From Chrysomallon squamiferum (Eukaryota; Animalia; Mollusca): a stretch of DNA of 64,000 nt. Positions within the stretch are counted from its first letter, which is position 1; each line of letters opens with the position of its first letter. Position numbers and translations under genes: made by a program. Positions 1-14,557 of this stretch are shown here, piece by piece. The notes under the pieces are model-generated. The model was not told the DNA's origin, made no database searches, and saw only the letters and a program-made list of their open reading frames with translations. The stretch is from assembly GCA_012295275.1 (NCBI GenBank), contig CM022678.1, forward strand, positions 4,464,001-4,528,000. Direction: 5' to 3'.

Positions 1-77
1 GTCACTATATCTATATTAGTCACTATTTGTAAACATGTTTGTATAAATGATAGTATTTACCGATATTCATCCATTTT

Positions 78-321
78 CTTCATTCTTCTTACTTTCCATT
101 CATCCATGTATTCTGTTTTTCTTCTTCTTCTTCTTCTTTTTTTTTTCTTAATGACTTCTTTTCTGTTTTTTTCTCTCGTTAATGACGTTTCTGCTTTATG
201 ACGTCATTGCGATTATTATTACGTTCATAATTATTCGGAACTTGCCGAATGTTCTCCGAAGTGTTACCCACTAGTTATTTCAGGAGAACTAGGAAGTTAA
301 GTATCGAAATTAAATTCTATA

Positions 322-371
<50 letters not shown>

Positions 372-790
372 ATAAACGGGTAAACGTTATTTGAACACTT
401 TCATGTATAATAGATATATCATATATTTAAATGAACTAAAATATAAATATATATACAATAGCACTATAAAGTATTCGTACCAAAGCCTTTTCATTTTCTT
501 TCTTTCTTTATTTTTTCTTTCATTAGTTATTATTTTTGGTATTACATACACTGCAAGATTTAATCTTCATTCTTCTTACTTTCCATTCATTCATTTATTC
601 TGTTTTTCTCTATTCTTTCGTTTTTATTTTTTATTTTTTTGTCAATGACTTCTCGTTAATGACGTTTCTGCTTTATGACGTCATAGTGATTATTATTATC
701 TTTACTGTTATTCGGAACTTGCCGAATGTTTCCGAATTGTTATCAATAGTTATTTCGGAAAAACTCCGTTACGTATCGAACAATTTACGT
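78..790. repeat. Local direct duplication (~230-bp unit at ~78-310 and ~566-790)
   Basis: Both copies share CTTCATTCTTCTTACTTTCCATTCAT...CTCGTTAATGACGTTTCTGCTTTATGACGTCAT...TATTCGGAACTTGCCGAATGTT. Confidence 0.85.
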
Positions 791-1262
791 TTAAATTTAG
801 AGATTATTAAACGTTTATAGGTTTATATATATACCAAATAAAATACTTTCAGTATTATTATTTTTCACCGATTTTGACCGAAACAAAATAAGATTATTAT
901 TTTTTTTTTTTTTTTTTTTTTTTTGCATAAGTTAACCCAGGATTACTAATATTTCATTCTCCATTTCCACCATATCCACCCCCACGCCTTCTTTCACCCC
1001 ACACAGACCCGGCCCCTGCATTAACGATTTTATTTTTATTTTATTTTATTTTAGCACTGATTAATAATTGTTTAGTCTTTTCCATTCCATGCATGCAGAG
1101 ATTGTGAACTTTTGTTATTGTGTACGTATGTGTATTTCCTTTTGTTTTACATTTTAAATTTCTCATTCTGTATTTTGTTTTGTTTTTTCTTAATTACTCA
1201 CCTCGTTAAGGTTTTTAATAGTAATAGCAATGAAAGAAAGAAATAGAGCAGGCGAAAGACAA

Positions 1263-1345
<83 letters not shown>

Positions 1346-1565
1346 TAAATATATACGTACATACACATACATACATTCTATACACAGATACACGCACATA
1401 CGCATATTCAAAGACACGTAGACTGAAACAATAAAACAATTCTCAGCACTACAGTCAATACAAACGAAAATTTCTTGAAAGAAAGTAAAAAAAATAAAAA
1501 TTAATAAATAAATAATATCCATATAATAAAATAAATAAATTTAAATAAATTAATTAATTAATTAA

Positions 1566-1612
<47 letters not shown>

Positions 1613-1779
1613 ATGAATGAAAACAATAAAACACAGAAAGAAAGGAAAACACAAGAATAATAACAGAGAGAGACAGAGATCGCTATATTTATAACGATAA
1701 TAATGAAAACAAGAACAATGAGGAAAACACCACCACCACCCCCAATAACAACAACAACAACAACAACAATAACAATAAC

Positions 1780-1834
<55 letters not shown>

Positions 1835-1839
1835 GTAAA

Positions 1840-2042
1840 TTCAGAGAACCGATATACAAACGATTTGAAACTTTTACGTCTGATTAGACTCTGCACATAG
1901 ACAGTATTCGAGAACGCACTGGCGCAGGAGGACAAAGTCCAATCACGACCTCACAAACCCGTCAGATACCGCTGACGAGACTCGAACGTATGACACCCAT
2001 TCCCCCACACTCTGAAGGAAGACGACGTTACGGTTCAGCCAT
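1840..2042 (-). mobile_element. Degenerate tRNA-derived SINE
   Basis: The minus strand starts TGGCTGAACCG (A-box-like), has GTTCGAGTC (B-box-like) ~50 nt later, and runs into a (TAT)n tract. Confidence 0.5.
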
Positions 2043-2703
2043 GAAGAAAGAATGTATGTATGTATGTATATGTATGTATGTATGTATGTACATATCTATG
2101 TATGTATGTATGTATGTCTGTATATATGTTTGTATGTATGTATATATGTTTGTATTATGTATGTATGTATGTAGGTATGTATGTATGTATGTATGTATAC
2201 CATCCCTATGAATGAATGGATGTGTATTATGTATATGAACAACTAAACACACACGTGCGCGCACACACATACACACACACACGCATAGGACAACTGTATC
2301 CAAGGAGATCTAAAATTTCCATTCCCATTACTGGATTGTAAAATGTCATGTCATACCTGTGATATATTTCCAGCGACGACATCAGTTTGCATTGAATTGA
2401 CAGGGAATTGGGAATTTATAGCAACAGAGGAAACGAGGTCACGTGACTCTGTGCTGATTATATTTTCTGATCGATCTTTTACATCCTCTCTCAGTTTGAT
2501 GAAGATTAGTGTAGACTTATGCAAAGTTTCTAGCTTTTATTAGAGACTGACATACAGATATGATATAGAGAAAAATAACTGTGGCACGGAGGCTGATATT
2601 AAAAAAGGTAAGTGGTGTTCGAATTGATGCAGAGGAAACAGAAATGAAATAAAATTAAAGAAAGCGAGTGTTGAAGAGTGAGCGATAGGGGAGAGAGTTA
2701 GAC

Positions 2704-2744
<41 letters not shown>

Positions 2745-2906
2745 CATACATACATACATACATACATACACATACATACATATATAGATAGATAGATAGA
2801 TATATAAATACATACATACATACATACATACACATACATACATACACATACATATATACATAGAGATAGGTGCTTAGATAGATTGCTTGTTTGATAGATA
2901 GACAGA

Positions 2907-2985
<79 letters not shown>

Positions 2986-3517
2986 TTTATTTTTCTGCAC
3001 GGAAATGCATTAGCAATCCCAGAAGTGTTCAATCTTTTATGGCGCCAAAATTCCTTTCCGTTAACAGAATGTTTGTCGAGATCGAAAACACACAACTCTC
3101 GTACAGACAGAATTCTCGCGAGAGTTTCAGTTTCCACCTCGGAAGAGATAAAAACATGTAAAGCCTATTAACACGTTTTGTTTGACACACATTCTGGCTA
3201 TTTTTTTTCCCCATAATTTAACTAATAAAATAAAAAAATAAAATTATTCTTGAAATGCGTTAAATAGTTAGTGCTGCTTTCAGGTTTGACAACTTTTTGA
3301 CAAACGAAACTAACAGATAATCAATATTTGTGTACTTGTTGAAAGGACTGTGGTAAATTAAAAAGAAGAAGTGAAATGTGAAAAAGTGAAAAAGGATTTT
3401 AAAACAGGTGTAAATTAGTTCTTTCTCGGCAAACTTTTTCTTCTTAAGTTTCTTTTTTCTTTTTCTTTTTTTTTTCTCACTTTTCTTTACATATATAGAT
3501 ACATACATACGTTCATA

Positions 3518-3571
<54 letters not shown>

Positions 3572-4495
3572 GAGACATATGTAAAATATACAGAGTAACA
3601 CCCATATAGATACATACATAGTATATATTCATGCATAGGTACATACATACATATTATTCCACTTTAAAAATCAGTTAAATGTCATTGCATTATTTATATT
3701 AGATCCCCAATATTTTCTATATGCAGAGACTAATCAGGAGTACATAAGAATATTCAAACTTACAATACATACCTGGAGACATTTTTACATACATACATAC
3801 ATGCATGTACCCGCTTGCCGTCTCATACGCACATAAATGCATGCATACACAGACATGTGTACATATCCGGACCAGATACCCGTAATACATAAGTGGAAGC
3901 CGGTATAAATTTTAAATTTGAGAATGCGTAAACAAAGAGAAGTTAAGAAACTTAGATGATGTTTCGTTTCGTTACTGTCTTCAAACTGAAATTTCTAGGA
4001 GAGTGAATTAGGACGAAAAACGATAATGAAAGAATCCCAAATTTTTGTTAACACCGAGAAAAAAGAAAAAATGTTTTTGAAGAAAGCTGTTTTGTTTTCA
4101 GACTAAACATGACAGTAGTATGTAAAAACACTAATAACAGATAGTGAAAGTCTGTTACCGCCATTTTTTATTTAGAATGTTACAGTTTGTTGTTGTGTTT
4201 CAACTGGTTTCTAAATTATGTTATTCTTGGACTTGCTTTTGTTAAATAGTTGTTTGTTTGTTTTTTTGTTCTACTTCTTGCGTATCTTTGTCGGTATTTG
4301 GTGGTTTTGTTATTTTCAAAGTTTTCATTGGGTTTTTTTTATTTTTGTTTTATTTAATTTTTTTTGGTTTTGTTTTTCTTCCCTTATTCATTTTCTTCTT
4401 ATGTTATATTAATGTTCGTTGAATTATTTATTTTTGTATATCATTTCAAAGCTTTTTAATTTAAATAAAATTTACTATTTAAAAGAACACACACA

Positions 4496-4532
<37 letters not shown>

Positions 4533-4585
4533 ATATATATATATATATATATATTTATAAATTTTCTTTCAGTTATTTTTATTTT

Positions 4586-4657
<72 letters not shown>

Positions 4658-4953
4658 CTTATTATTGAGACAAAATGTAAAATTTTGTTGAAAAGTCTGC
4701 CAAATTAGTGAATGGCATGAAGGCACGGGGTTAGCTAATATTTCCAAATTATAAATAGAAAAAATAAAAAATAACAATCGAACAGCAGACGCTGTCCAAA
4801 TTAACAGTAATCTAATTCATTATATATAAGTAGAAAGATCGAAATGCCAATTTGCAATATTTTTATCGATGTGTTTTGCATTTGCGGTAATTCATTCGTA
4901 TTCTGACAAGAAATAAGGATATAACGCCGCATTATTGCTGCTGTTTTAAGATC

Positions 4954-5184
<231 letters not shown>

Positions 5185-5344
5185 CAAATGCACAAACAGA
5201 ATAGGAAATATTAAATAAATAAATAAATAAATAAATAAAAAGAAGGAAATAACCTTGTATTTATCGAAGCAGTTGACAAATTTTATTTAGTTAAGGACGA
5301 CTCAGATAATATGAGAGGAAACTCGATGCCTACATTTCGTGGAC

Positions 5345-5490
5345 AACTCTTTCTCTCAGGTTAGCAGCAAGGTCGCTTTTTACATGTTTTTAGAAAGGAT
5401 GGTACATAACATGACCGTTATTACACCAGTTCTAGAGCACTTGTTGGAATGAGAAATAGCTAAATGGGGCTACCAAGAGAGATCGATCGG
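5345..5490 (+). mobile_element. Diverged fragment of a SINE-like dispersed repeat
   Basis: TTAGCAGCAAGG...TTACACCAGTT...GAGCACT...GGAATGAGAAATAGC...GATCGATC resembles an abundant gastropod interspersed repeat, from memory only. Confidence 0.35.
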
Positions 5491-5575
5491 AAAACTCACT
5501 ATACGTTGAACAGACATCATCCCACCATTGATCTATATCCATCCGGAACAGATACAAGCACACATACATGTACAA

Positions 5576-5632
<57 letters not shown>

Positions 5633-6720
5633 GACGCACATAACAAACTGAAAAGAAACCTAGTGCACACATAATATTATTATTTATTATATATTTATGT
5701 ACTATATTTATTTATTTCATTTCATTTTATTTACTTATTTTCTCCTCTTTTTTTTCTTTTTTTCTCTCCATTAAAATACATTCCATTTCACCCAAGCTGC
5801 GCATTGTCATTCACTAATTACCAAATGCTGTACGACTACAGCGGTTTTATACAAGCGAACTTAAAGCTCTTTAAACATTAACGGCGTCAGTTCTGGTGTT
5901 TTCGACATGCCAGTTTTGTCGCAATAACTTATTAACGACGAGTATCAAAGTAGCGATATAAATAGATAAGTGAATAAACAGACACACCGAATGACACAGA
6001 CTGGTTAATTATAGATTTAAAACAGACGAAAAATAAATAAATAAATAAATAAATAGCCTGGACGGAGGTACGGAGGTAAAGAAAGTTTTAAAGACACAGA
6101 TACACATACATACATAATTAATTACACCCTACACTGAAATGATCGTATTTTCGTCAATAACCTAAAGTCGATATTAGCTTTATATAGACTGAGTCGCGAC
6201 ATATATTTAAGACAACTATCTGTGTTTCATTAACTGGATCAGACGGCATTTTAGTATGAAGAAGAAATAGTTCAGCTTCGGTCTGTCTCCAAGTAGCAAT
6301 CAAATGGGCTTTAAAAATATTCTTTGCATCACAGAATAAATCGGTCTTGCAGAAAAAATGAGTCGTGGTAAATTGGAAAATGAGTACCTAAAGGTCACGG
6401 TATGCAGCTTGTTTAGTACTTTCCAGTAGCAGTAGTAGTAATAGTAGTAGTAGCAGTAGCAGTAGCAGGGGCGTATCTAATATGAAAGTAATGAAAGTTA
6501 AGCTTCGGGCCCCTGATCCAATCTGAAATGTCGTGCTTTATTTCTTTTGAAAGATGTTTGATGATCGGTCATGGAATAAACCCACTGAGGAAGTTAACAG
6601 CGGTTACACAAGCCTCGTTGCTGCTTGTGAATGGTCCCCATAACAGTTCAAGCTTCAAGGCCCCACAAATCTAGTAGTAATGGTCGTAATAGTAGTAATA
6701 GTAGTACCAGTAGTAGTAGC

Positions 6721-6758
<38 letters not shown>

Positions 6759-8162
6759 AAGTAGTAGTGTCTTGTTGTTGTAATAGTAGTAATAGTAGCA
6801 GTAGGGGTGTCATTTAGAAGGGGTAGCGGTAATTGTTGAAATAATAGTAGTGGAAACAGCAGACGATATTGGCGTGTTCGTGGACACAAATTCTCAAGAT
6901 AATCAAGAAATAAGGCGTCTGGCGTTAAAGATATTGAATTACTGCTAACTGTGCGTGTGTGAGAAATGTGACATTGTCTGTCAGGCTGAAATGAAAAATA
7001 AGTGTTACTAACATTGTTTCGAACGTGTCCACGTCTAGACAGCTTCGTGTTATTCCGGCAATAACGAGATCTCACGAAACGATTCCGCCGACTCGGAAAG
7101 GCGCAAAGATTTTAGTTTATTGATGTCAAAATGTCTGGCCTTTTTTATAGCAACGTCGTTTTATCGACATCTCAACACTGATCGTTAATGACAGGATTTT
7201 CTGTCAGCAGTTTTGCCGTCTCTGAACGACACTGTCCTGAAAAACAAATTAAGTGATATCAACATGATTACGTTTCGTTCTTGGAGTAATCTGAGAATTT
7301 ATTTCAGTTGTCGTTGGTAATGAAATTGTCTCTTCACTTTATGGACTTTTTATATGTTTACTCTTATTACATCTTATCGTCTTACCAGAATAATTATTAT
7401 TAGTCCAGCTATCACAACAGACAATTGCTGATTTAGCATCCCATATCATAGTTCCAAACATCCGAAACGTTTTCCCAGCACAAGAAATAGTCATATCTGA
7501 CAGTGTACGGGTTGTTTTGGATACACAAAATATTTTATTCACAACATAATTATAAACATTATATATATATATATTGATCCAAAGCATTTCGTATAAAGAA
7601 TTCTTAAGCTGTATTTAGCAACCACTGGCGCTTGTTCAAGATCGTGTTTTCTACTGTAAGGGAACTAACTCTAATTAGACTTTACTATTTCCATTTTGGG
7701 TTTTTTCCCCTCAATCATATACCTTTTAATTCACGTTATACTTGTGTAATTATAATATTTTACTAATAAATTAATTTTGCCGTATTTTACAAATACAAAT
7801 TAAATTAAATTTGACTACTAGAACTTGTTATCGGCAAGTTTTATCAGTGATACTGGCTTGAATGGAATATTTTATCTCCAATATTTCACTGTGGCATGAT
7901 CCAATGACCTGTTAGTCGTTTGATGTTTTCTGTCATTTTATTCGCGTGTAGTATTTCAAATAACTAAGTATTATTATGTTATTGTATATTATTTTGAATA
8001 TTTCTTATCTTCAATAAGAATCATATAGGCTACCTACATTATAATTACCTGTTATAGTAAATAAATTATAAATAATAATAATAAAATAAAATAAAAAATA
8101 AAATAAATAATTCATAACAATAATAAATATTAATACTAATATTGGTAATGATGATGACGACA

Positions 8163-8213
<51 letters not shown>

Positions 8214-8564
8214 TAAAAAGAAAAAAGAAAATAACGATCTCTGTGGGCATAAACTATCTAGGTTATTTTTTAAACAAATTTTATTGTTAAATTGTCTCTG
8301 AATTCAAAAAATAATTTTAAAAAAAAACAATTATAAATATATGTACTAATATTTAAATATTAATCCAAGTTACATAACAATTAAAATAATTAAAATACTT
8401 AAAAACTACATAAAACTACTGACTGTCAAAGAGTTATATAAGATAAATGTGATGATAAATATAAGATAAATGTGATGATATATACAAGATAAATGTGATG
8501 ATAAATACAAGAGACACAAAGTGTACAGTTCAGATGGTTTAATTTACAAAGACACACAGCACAT

Positions 8565-11126
8565 TTAGATCTTATTAAACGCAACAATGTCGATGGACTG
8601 AATAAAGTCTTCATGTTTCGTTATCTCCTCTTCCAGAAAATCTGTTCCAATCTAAAATAAAATTAAATCAAAAAATATATTTTAAAAAAATGACAAAGAA
8701 AAGAGTTAAACATGAAATTAAAAACATCCCTTGTATTGAAAATTGTTTTAAAAATGATTTTACATGGTGCAAAAAAACTGGACAGATTAAATCCATTTTT
8801 CATTTTATTTTTTTTTTATTTTTTTTTACCTTTGTAAATACCAATAAAGTGCATTCTTTTATGGTTGCAACAAATACCATTTACAGAGATACTCAAAATA
8901 CACATTAAAAATGGACTAACCCCATACACACATACACAACACAATACACAGTGACAAACATACAACACACAGACACAACAAAACACACAACACATTAATT
9001 ACCTTGTCATCTTCAACCACACAGGAAATCTGTAATTTCTTGATTCCATAGGCAAGAGGCACCAGTTTGGCTAAAAAAAATCAAAAAGTCAAAAAAAAAA
9101 TAAAATAAAATAAAATAAAATAAACAAAACATAAAGAAAGAAAACTAATATATATAAACAAATGAATAAATACATACATAAACATATAAAGAAACAACAA
9201 TCAAATGAATTAATAAATGGATAAACTAACAAAAAAAATAAATAAATAAATAAATATAAAACATATTTTAGCATTATATAAATACGACATGAATTAAAAG
9301 TTTTGTCCTTTTCCATATATTTCATATCAAGTGACAACTGATTTCATTTGCGTTCACAAACAATGTATTTCTTTGCTAAAGCGTTATATGTACTGTATTG
9401 TATTGTACTATCTTATTTATTTATTTATTTATTTATTTATCTATCTGAAGTTAAATGAACTCACAAGCTCCCCACAGCAAGCCGTCAGCCTCTATAGATC
9501 TGACGAGCTGTTCAACCTTTTTCATGTCGGTCTCATCATCCCATGGCTTCACGTCCAGAATGATGTTGCTCTTAGCAACCAGAACTGGCTCTAGACAGAA
9601 AACATAAAATCACAGTCAGATAAATTCAATTAAAGTAAACATGGATATTATTACATGAAAGGATAATTAACGTTTTAGGTTTTTGGGGGGAGCAAATAGA
9701 TATAAAATTTTCAGACAGAGAATTACGATGTTTTGCATATAAATGTCATAAGAAAAGATAAATTTAAAAAAAATGTACCAGCATTTCTAAAGAGATTAAA
9801 CTAACTTCTTCCCATGTTCAGCACAAGAAAATTCTTTAAAATTGTTTTCGGTTATAGAAAATAAAATTAGGTACATAAATGATGGTCAAAATATCTAAAG
9901 AAGCTATTCATTTAGAAATTAAATTTTTTTTTATTTAAATATTTAGTATAATATTAATTCGATTTTTTTTTTTTTTTTTTTTTTTACATATATAATCCAT
10001 GAAAGCACTAGTCTTGACAATTAAAACTGATAAATTAGTAATCGTAAAAACGTGCATTACTCTTCTTTTATTTTAAATTAAGTTTTTAAAATATATTAAG
10101 AATTTACTTTTGGCTTTCTTAGCCTTATATTCATCTAAAAGTTTCTTTCTTTCAGCATCAGCCTCCTTGTCCTGAAAAATATAAAATATTTTTTTATTGT
10201 TTTGCGACTGGCAACTTTCGATACTCATTTAGAAATGGCCATGGTTTATATCATCACAGCACAAGAAATCACATATATATACATGAAAGCTATCGCAAAG
10301 ATTCATACATCTACATCTCTGTCATATACGTACATACGCATGTATGTATGTATGTATGTATGTATGTATGTATGTATGTATGTATATACATATGCATATA
10401 GATACATAAAGATAGACAGATACATTATAGATATATGAATCTACAATAAATCTTTTACATGTTAATAATTAACTATCTGAGTCTCTCATTCTGTCTCTCT
10501 TTAAAATATTACACTGTGTAAATGTGTGTCTGTCTGTCTGTCTCTCTCTCGCTCTCTCTCTCTGTGTATATCTGTCTCTTTAAAATATTACACTGTGCTT
10601 GTGTAAATTTGTGTAAATGAGTATGTGTCTGTCTCTGTGTGTGCGTCCGTCTCTCCGTCTCTCTCTCTCTCTCTCTCTCATTTCAAAATAAACGCAACAC
10701 CTCTTCCATTTCTTCATCATCGTCAGCAAACAGATCAAACTCGTCATCAGCATCGTCTTTCTTCCCTGCCGCTGATGCTGCTGCTGCTGCTGATGGTGCT
10801 GTGCCTCCCGATTCAAGGGCCTTAATTCTGCTGTCCAGTTTTAGAACAAGTGATTTCAAATCCTGAGTGACTGCAAGACAACAACAATTTTCAAAAACAT
10901 ATATATTAGCACTTGGAGGATAAGAATGGAAAATTATTTAACTGATGAGAAATGCAATTACAATGCGCAGTGTTAATGAATGGATAATAAACTATATTTC
11001 AACATTTGTGTTAAATTATTCCAACACACTTGTACTGAAATGGTTATTAGCTGTTATGTGCTTGGGTCTGTGCGCACGAGTGCACCTGCACATGTATTTT
11101 ATTACACAAATACACACCAATATAGC

Positions 11127-11171
<45 letters not shown>

Positions 11172-11838
11172 TTGTGGGCATTTTTGGCTAAGTGTGGAAG
11201 TGAAAGGAAGAATCACACTCTCATTAACAGACAGCATGGGCTTTTACTTATATACCTTCCAATACAACAGGAATTTAAACATCATGGCCATTAGTGTACC
11301 TGTTTTATGGTACCAACTACATACAAAAATATATTTCAAAACTCATTTATATAAATCAACAGCATATTTTTATAAAAAAAAAAAAATTCACAATTAATAC
11401 ATCTCTATATTACATTTAATAAAATCAAATCAGAATGATCCGAGATGGCATAAAATTCTCTGCTGCAGATAATCTTTGTTTCTGGTTAGCAGATATTCTT
11501 GATATCACAGCCCATGCTATTATGATATTAGTCTGTCCTAGAACAGGGCAGAATGGAGGAAACTGGTTTTAAAGCCATCTGTGGTACTCCTAGTGTGGTT
11601 AAGGGATATGTGAAGTGAAGTAATGATATGTTAAAGACAATGATATTTACTTTTCTTCAGTTCCCTGTTTTCCAGTTCCAGAGCATTAATCCGTGTGATG
11701 ATTGCATCAGGCGCATCTCCCCTGTCTGACTGAGAAAATTAAAAAATTAAAAATTAAATATTAATTAAAAAGAAATGTAAATAAATAATAAAAATAATAA
11801 TTTTTGAAAAAACAAAACAAGTAAAAATAAATAAATTA

Positions 11839-11880
<42 letters not shown>

Positions 11881-12352
11881 TATAATAATAATAATAATAG
11901 TAATAATAGTAATAATTCAAATAATTTTAAACTGACAACTTCAATTAAAAAAAAATGTTTCTTTTACATTGAAAATTACTGACCAGTTTTGCTCCCATAT
12001 TATTTTTAATACTTTATTATTTAGTTCTGTATTTCACTTACATTTCTTCCAAAGCTTATGCATATTTATAGTCAATACCAACATATAATATTCATATTTT
12101 CACCTTTACCAAAAATAAATTATCAGACGTGGAAAGCTTGCATATTTTTACATCATGAAAGGTTATATTAATATGTTATAGGTGTTGAACATGTCATAAA
12201 AACACCTTAACACGACAGAAGCTTGTGCATTTTAATGCAGTGCAGTACTCACAAAAATAAATTACAATAAATGTGAAAAAGAAACCCTCCATTAACAACT
12301 TGCTTCATCTACAATATTTCTGTAACAGATATTTTGTTATTTTATATATCAG

Positions 12353-12389
<37 letters not shown>

Positions 12390-14526
12390 ACATTACTTTA
12401 TTCACATGTACTGTATGATCGTAACATTTTTCTTCAAGTCTAATAAATAAAATTAATTAACATGAAATTTAATATTTACTTTATGAAAATGAAAAAACAT
12501 TTGTATAAAAATAATGAATACATTTATTATATTTTTGACATTTCTTTTTAATAATTTTCAGTCAAGAGCATGTTGATAATAGAGGGACAAATTTACATGT
12601 TTTACAACACCTATTATAATCACAATACATACATAAAATTAAAACAAATCAGTTATATTTACTCACAAAATATTACAAGCACAGATACTTTTTTAAATAC
12701 AAATTTTTACAATAAAGTTCAGTAATTTTTTGTTCATGGGCATTAGTTATTTACTCATTTTACAAAATTAAGGTTCATCTTGTTAAAATTTGGCCAAGCA
12801 AATATATAAAATTAGAAATGAAATTTTTAAAATGAATTATTATTAATTAGTGTTACATAAAACAAATACTAATGAAATCATTTTTTGTTGGGTTTTTTCA
12901 TCATTTTAAATATTCAGTTAAATCAAATTAAAGTGTGTTAGGAAATAGACTGCATTTTGAAAATTCAGAGTTCACAAACGTTTCTACAAACAAAAGAGTT
13001 ATGAAAGATGATTTTGAAAGATGTGCGATTTCTGAATAAAATCATTTGATGGTGATCACAAAATTAATTTATACAAGACCATAAACTGCTATAAAAATAC
13101 AGAATTGAAGAATGAGAACTGCTGTAAGACCGAATTAACACAGAGAATAAATAAATAAATTGTACACTGAAAAAAGAAAAGAAAAAATACAACATAGAAT
13201 TATTACCAATGTCACTTACACGTTTTTTCCGATGGTTTTGTGATACCAAAAAATAAACATCAATATAAAATATATAATTTTTACTTAATCAAGATTAAAA
13301 TACAATATACAATAAAACAAATTTTACATACAATAAGAAAAAATAACATTTTGTCTACCCTGCCACCTTTGTTTGCAAACAAGACCAAACTTATGTTTAT
13401 CTACATTTTGATATCTGGATTATGAATAATAAACATTTGTTTATTTCTGTGAGCTGGAAAAGCAGTTTGTCATTATGCAGCTGTTTTATATATATTATTT
13501 ATTATTTTTTATTCTTTTATTTTATTTTTTTTATTTTAGAAAGAAAGAAATTTTCCTAATGATGTGATCATGACACCAAATTACATATTTTACCAAACTA
13601 GTTTGTTGTATTTAGGAAACAAATAATGCAGACAATGAAAATTATATTATTAAAGAAAAAGCAGAACACAAAAAAGAAAACCAAAGAGTTCACCAGCAGA
13701 CCAACAACAACTGTAATAAAATATGAAACGTTTTTAAATGCGTCTTAATCAAAATAAAAATAAAAATTCTGAACAATCAATTAATTTCTTAAAATGTAAA
13801 CAACCAAAATTTAAAATAAGCATTAGGTTAAGTTGATTAAAATAAAAACTGAGGATTTCCAAAAATAAGCTGCAAATAATTATCAGTATCAACATTACCT
13901 AATTAAAAAAAAAAAAAAAAATTATTCGTTCTACACAGATAAATAGAATAGTTTTTTATTTTATTTTTATTTATTGAAGTCAAAAAGAGAAAGATTTAAA
14001 AAAAAAAAAACAACAACATTAAGTCTTCTAAATGAAAATAATAAAATATGATTTATATTCAAATATTAATAACAATAATAATAATATAACAAATAATAAT
14101 AACAACAAGAATAATAATAATTAATGCTATTATTATTATTATTTTTATTTTTATTATTATTATACAGACATTAAACTATATAAAACAACATTATTTATAT
14201 TCTTGGTATAGATACTGAGGTATCAGATCATCATCTGCCCGACATTTGTTGTTTACTTACACTTTTTACATTTTTTAAATTTTATATGACATTTATCAAT
14301 ACTGATTCATGCAGGAAAAGCAACTTTCAAAGAACTGGTAAACACTGATTTAAGACAATTGGTAAGGTTAGGCTAAGCAATAAAAAAAAATAAAAGATAA
14401 ATAATAAATAAATTTAAATTTAAAATCGCAAAGCATGCCAGCAAAATTAAAAAGACAAAATACAAAACAAAAAGCTTAAAATAAATTTGAAAAAGGGAGA
14501 AGAAAAAGTTGAAAAACAAATATAAA

Positions 14527-14557
<31 letters not shown>

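Noticed and set aside
6466-6665. CAGGGGCGTATC...GGCCCC MITE-like segment, with similar starts at ~38154, ~41753 and ~61068
   Set aside because: I could not identify matching terminal inverted repeats or target-site duplications, so these are at most old fragments.
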